Part shown: positions 62,330 through 64,000 of the stretch, piece after piece
How the letters are laid out: each line of letters begins with the position of its first letter
Numbering within the stretch: the stretch's first letter is position 1
Assembly: GCA_965218585.1 (NCBI GenBank)
Contig: CBDCLE010000011.1
Coordinates: forward strand, 77,620 to 141,619
Direction: 5' to 3'
Origin: Terriglobia bacterium
GTDB lineage: Bacteria; Acidobacteriota; Terriglobia; 20CM-2-55-15
DNA: 64,000 nucleotides
Made by a program: the position numbers and the translations under genes
The notes under the pieces: model-generated
Told to the model about the DNA's origin: nothing
The model's input: the letters and a program-made list of their open reading frames with translations, nothing else
Database searches by the model: none

Positions 62330-63898
62330 TTGAGGAAAGCGCCTCCAAGACGCGTGGCAGGAACCGAAGGCCGTCCCGGTTCCTTGGAGCGGCGAGAGGT
62401 CGGCGCAGTGCGGCGTCGAGCGCTGACGGCCCTGACGATGGGCCTGATCGCCCTAGCGACCGGTTGCGCACGCGCTCGGCCCGCACCCGTCGTCCCGCCT
62501 CCAGCCAGCCCTACCGAGCAGTTCATCGCGGCGATCCACGGTGCCATGCGGTCAACGGGTGTCGAACGCGCCACCTGGGGTATCGCGATCCGGTCTCTGG
62601 ATCGCGACGAGACGATCGTGGAGTTGAATGCCGACGCGTTGCTCGTTCCCGCCTCGGTCATGAAACTCGTTACGCTGGGAGCGGCCGTGGAGGCGGTTGG
62701 GTGGGACTACGCGTTCGATACCACGCTCACGGCCCGGGGCCGGGTCGTTGACGGCGTCCTCGCCGGCGACCTCGTGGCGCTAGGAACCGGCGATCCGACG
62801 ATCGGGGGACCGGGAGGAGAGGGTTTGTCTGCCTGGATCGAGGCCGTGCGCGCCCGCGGCATCACCCGCGTGTCGGGACGGATCATCGGGGACGACGATG
62901 GCGCCCAGGAACCGCTGCCGCTCTTGGCTTGGGCGTGGGACGATCTCGGCTACCGGTACGGCGCGCTTCCCGGCGCGCTCAACTTCGTCGAGAATGCAAT
63001 GGCCATCACACTCGCCCCCGGGCCGCAAGCCGGGACGCCGACGGTGCTGACCGTGCCCGGAGGCCTTCCGGCGCCGACAATCGCGAACGACGTCGCTACA
63101 GGCTTGCCGGACTCGATGGCCACGCTCCGACCCATCCTCCAGCCCGGCGGTCTCGGACTTCGGATCCTCGGCATGCTCCCGGCCGACGGCCCACCGGCGA
63201 CCTTCGCCGTATCGACGGGCAACCCGACACTATGGTTCGCCTCCGTGCTCCGGCATCGTCTCGTCGAGGCGGGTATTGCCGTCGAGGGTCGGCCTGTGGA
63301 CATCGACGATCTGTCTGGTGGCTTGGCGAACGGGCCAACCACCGTTCTTCACACCCATCGCTCCCCACCCCTGTCGGCGATCGCCGTGACGATGCTGAAG
63401 TACAGCCGAAACCTCTACGCCGAGACCGTCCTGTGGCTGACGACTGGGCCGGCGGGGCCTCGCGCCGCCGGTCCGGCCCTTGATGCGCTCCGCGAGCGGC
63501 TCGCCGGCTGGGGGATCGCCGGTGGAGATCATCAGATCGTGGACGGATCGGGGCTGTCGCGGCGCAATGCCGTGACCGCGCGGGCGCTGGTCACCGTCCT
63601 GGACCGCTTTTACGATCCAGGGTGGACTTCCCCGTGGATGCAGGCGCTGCCGGTGGCCAGCCGCGACGGAACCCTCGAAACGCGCCTGTTGGGAACACTG
63701 GCCGAAAACAACCTGGTGGCAAAGACCGGCTCGATGTCCAACATCCGTTCGCTGGCGGGCTATGTGCGGACGCGGGACGGCGAACCGCTGGCGTTCGCCG
63801 TCATCGTGAACAACTTCGAGGGCTCCGGCCGAGACGCCGAGGCGGCGGTCGACCGCATTGCCGCAAAGCTGGCCGGCTTCAGCCGTCGCGGCCGGTAG
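62330..63898 (+). CDS. dacB: D-Ala-D-Ala carboxypeptidase/endopeptidase (peptidase S13, PBP4); start uncertain
   Basis: PASVMK, GDP, SRN, DGSGLSR, KTG. Confidence 0.9.
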   Translation: MRKAPPRRVAGTEGRPGSLERREVGAVRRRALTALTMGLIALATGCARARPAPVVPPPASPTEQFIAAIHGAMRSTGVERATWGIAIRSLDRDETIVELNADALLVPASVMKLVTLGAAVEAVGWDYAFDTTLTARGRVVDGVLAGDLVALGTGDPTIGGPGGEGLSAWIEAVRARGITRVSGRIIGDDDGAQEPLPLLAWAWDDLGYRYGALPGALNFVENAMAITLAPGPQAGTPTVLTVPGGLPAPTIANDVATGLPDSMATLRPILQPGGLGLRILGMLPADGPPATFAVSTGNPTLWFASVLRHRLVEAGIAVEGRPVDIDDLSGGLANGPTTVLHTHRSPPLSAIAVTMLKYSRNLYAETVLWLTTGPAGPRAAGPALDALRERLAGWGIAGGDHQIVDGSGLSRRNAVTARALVTVLDRFYDPGWTSPWMQALPVASRDGTLETRLLGTLAENNLVAKTGSMSNIRSLAGYVRTRDGEPLAFAVIVNNFEGSGRDAEAAVDRIAAKLAGFSRRGR

Positions 63899-64000
63899 AT
63901 TAGGACACCGGAGTTCTGCGAGGACCGAGACGCCTTCCGAATCAGAAAGGAAACGGGAACATGAAACCTTGCAGCAAACGGGACACAACATCGAAAAGAC

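Overview
This is a bacterial chromosome window, probably from Acidobacteriota (inferred from protein style only). Bases ~0.7-34 kb are mostly housekeeping genes: mazG, ribA, a moaD-moaE fusion, tRNA-fMet, pgm, metB-like, ftsK, uppP, rnj, rsmA, tRNA-Glu, peroxiredoxin, acyl-CoA dehydrogenase, cca, PBP1, methylmalonyl-CoA mutase, proS, feoAB and mobA. Many of these have a -10 box just before the start codon, suggesting leaderless mRNAs. Several essential genes carry indels that look like assembly errors. Bases ~34-61.3 kb are a decayed accessory island with a T4SS remnant, many IS elements and IS fragments, and broken toxin-antitoxin modules. Main candidates for novelty: (1) a tightly coupled five-gene candidate defence operon (C5-MTase, MORC/GHKL ATPase, Mrr-like nuclease-SF2 helicase fusion, unknown 175-aa protein, Mig-like T:G glycosylase) hit by two IS insertions; (2) a Cre-like recombinase flanked by two inverted 34-bp lox-like sites; (3) an IS110/IS1111 element whose ends, target and putative bridge/seekRNA guides can be read from the sequence; (4) a ~190-nt highly structured intergenic RNA candidate. 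All family assignments are motif recognition by eye; no database searches were run.
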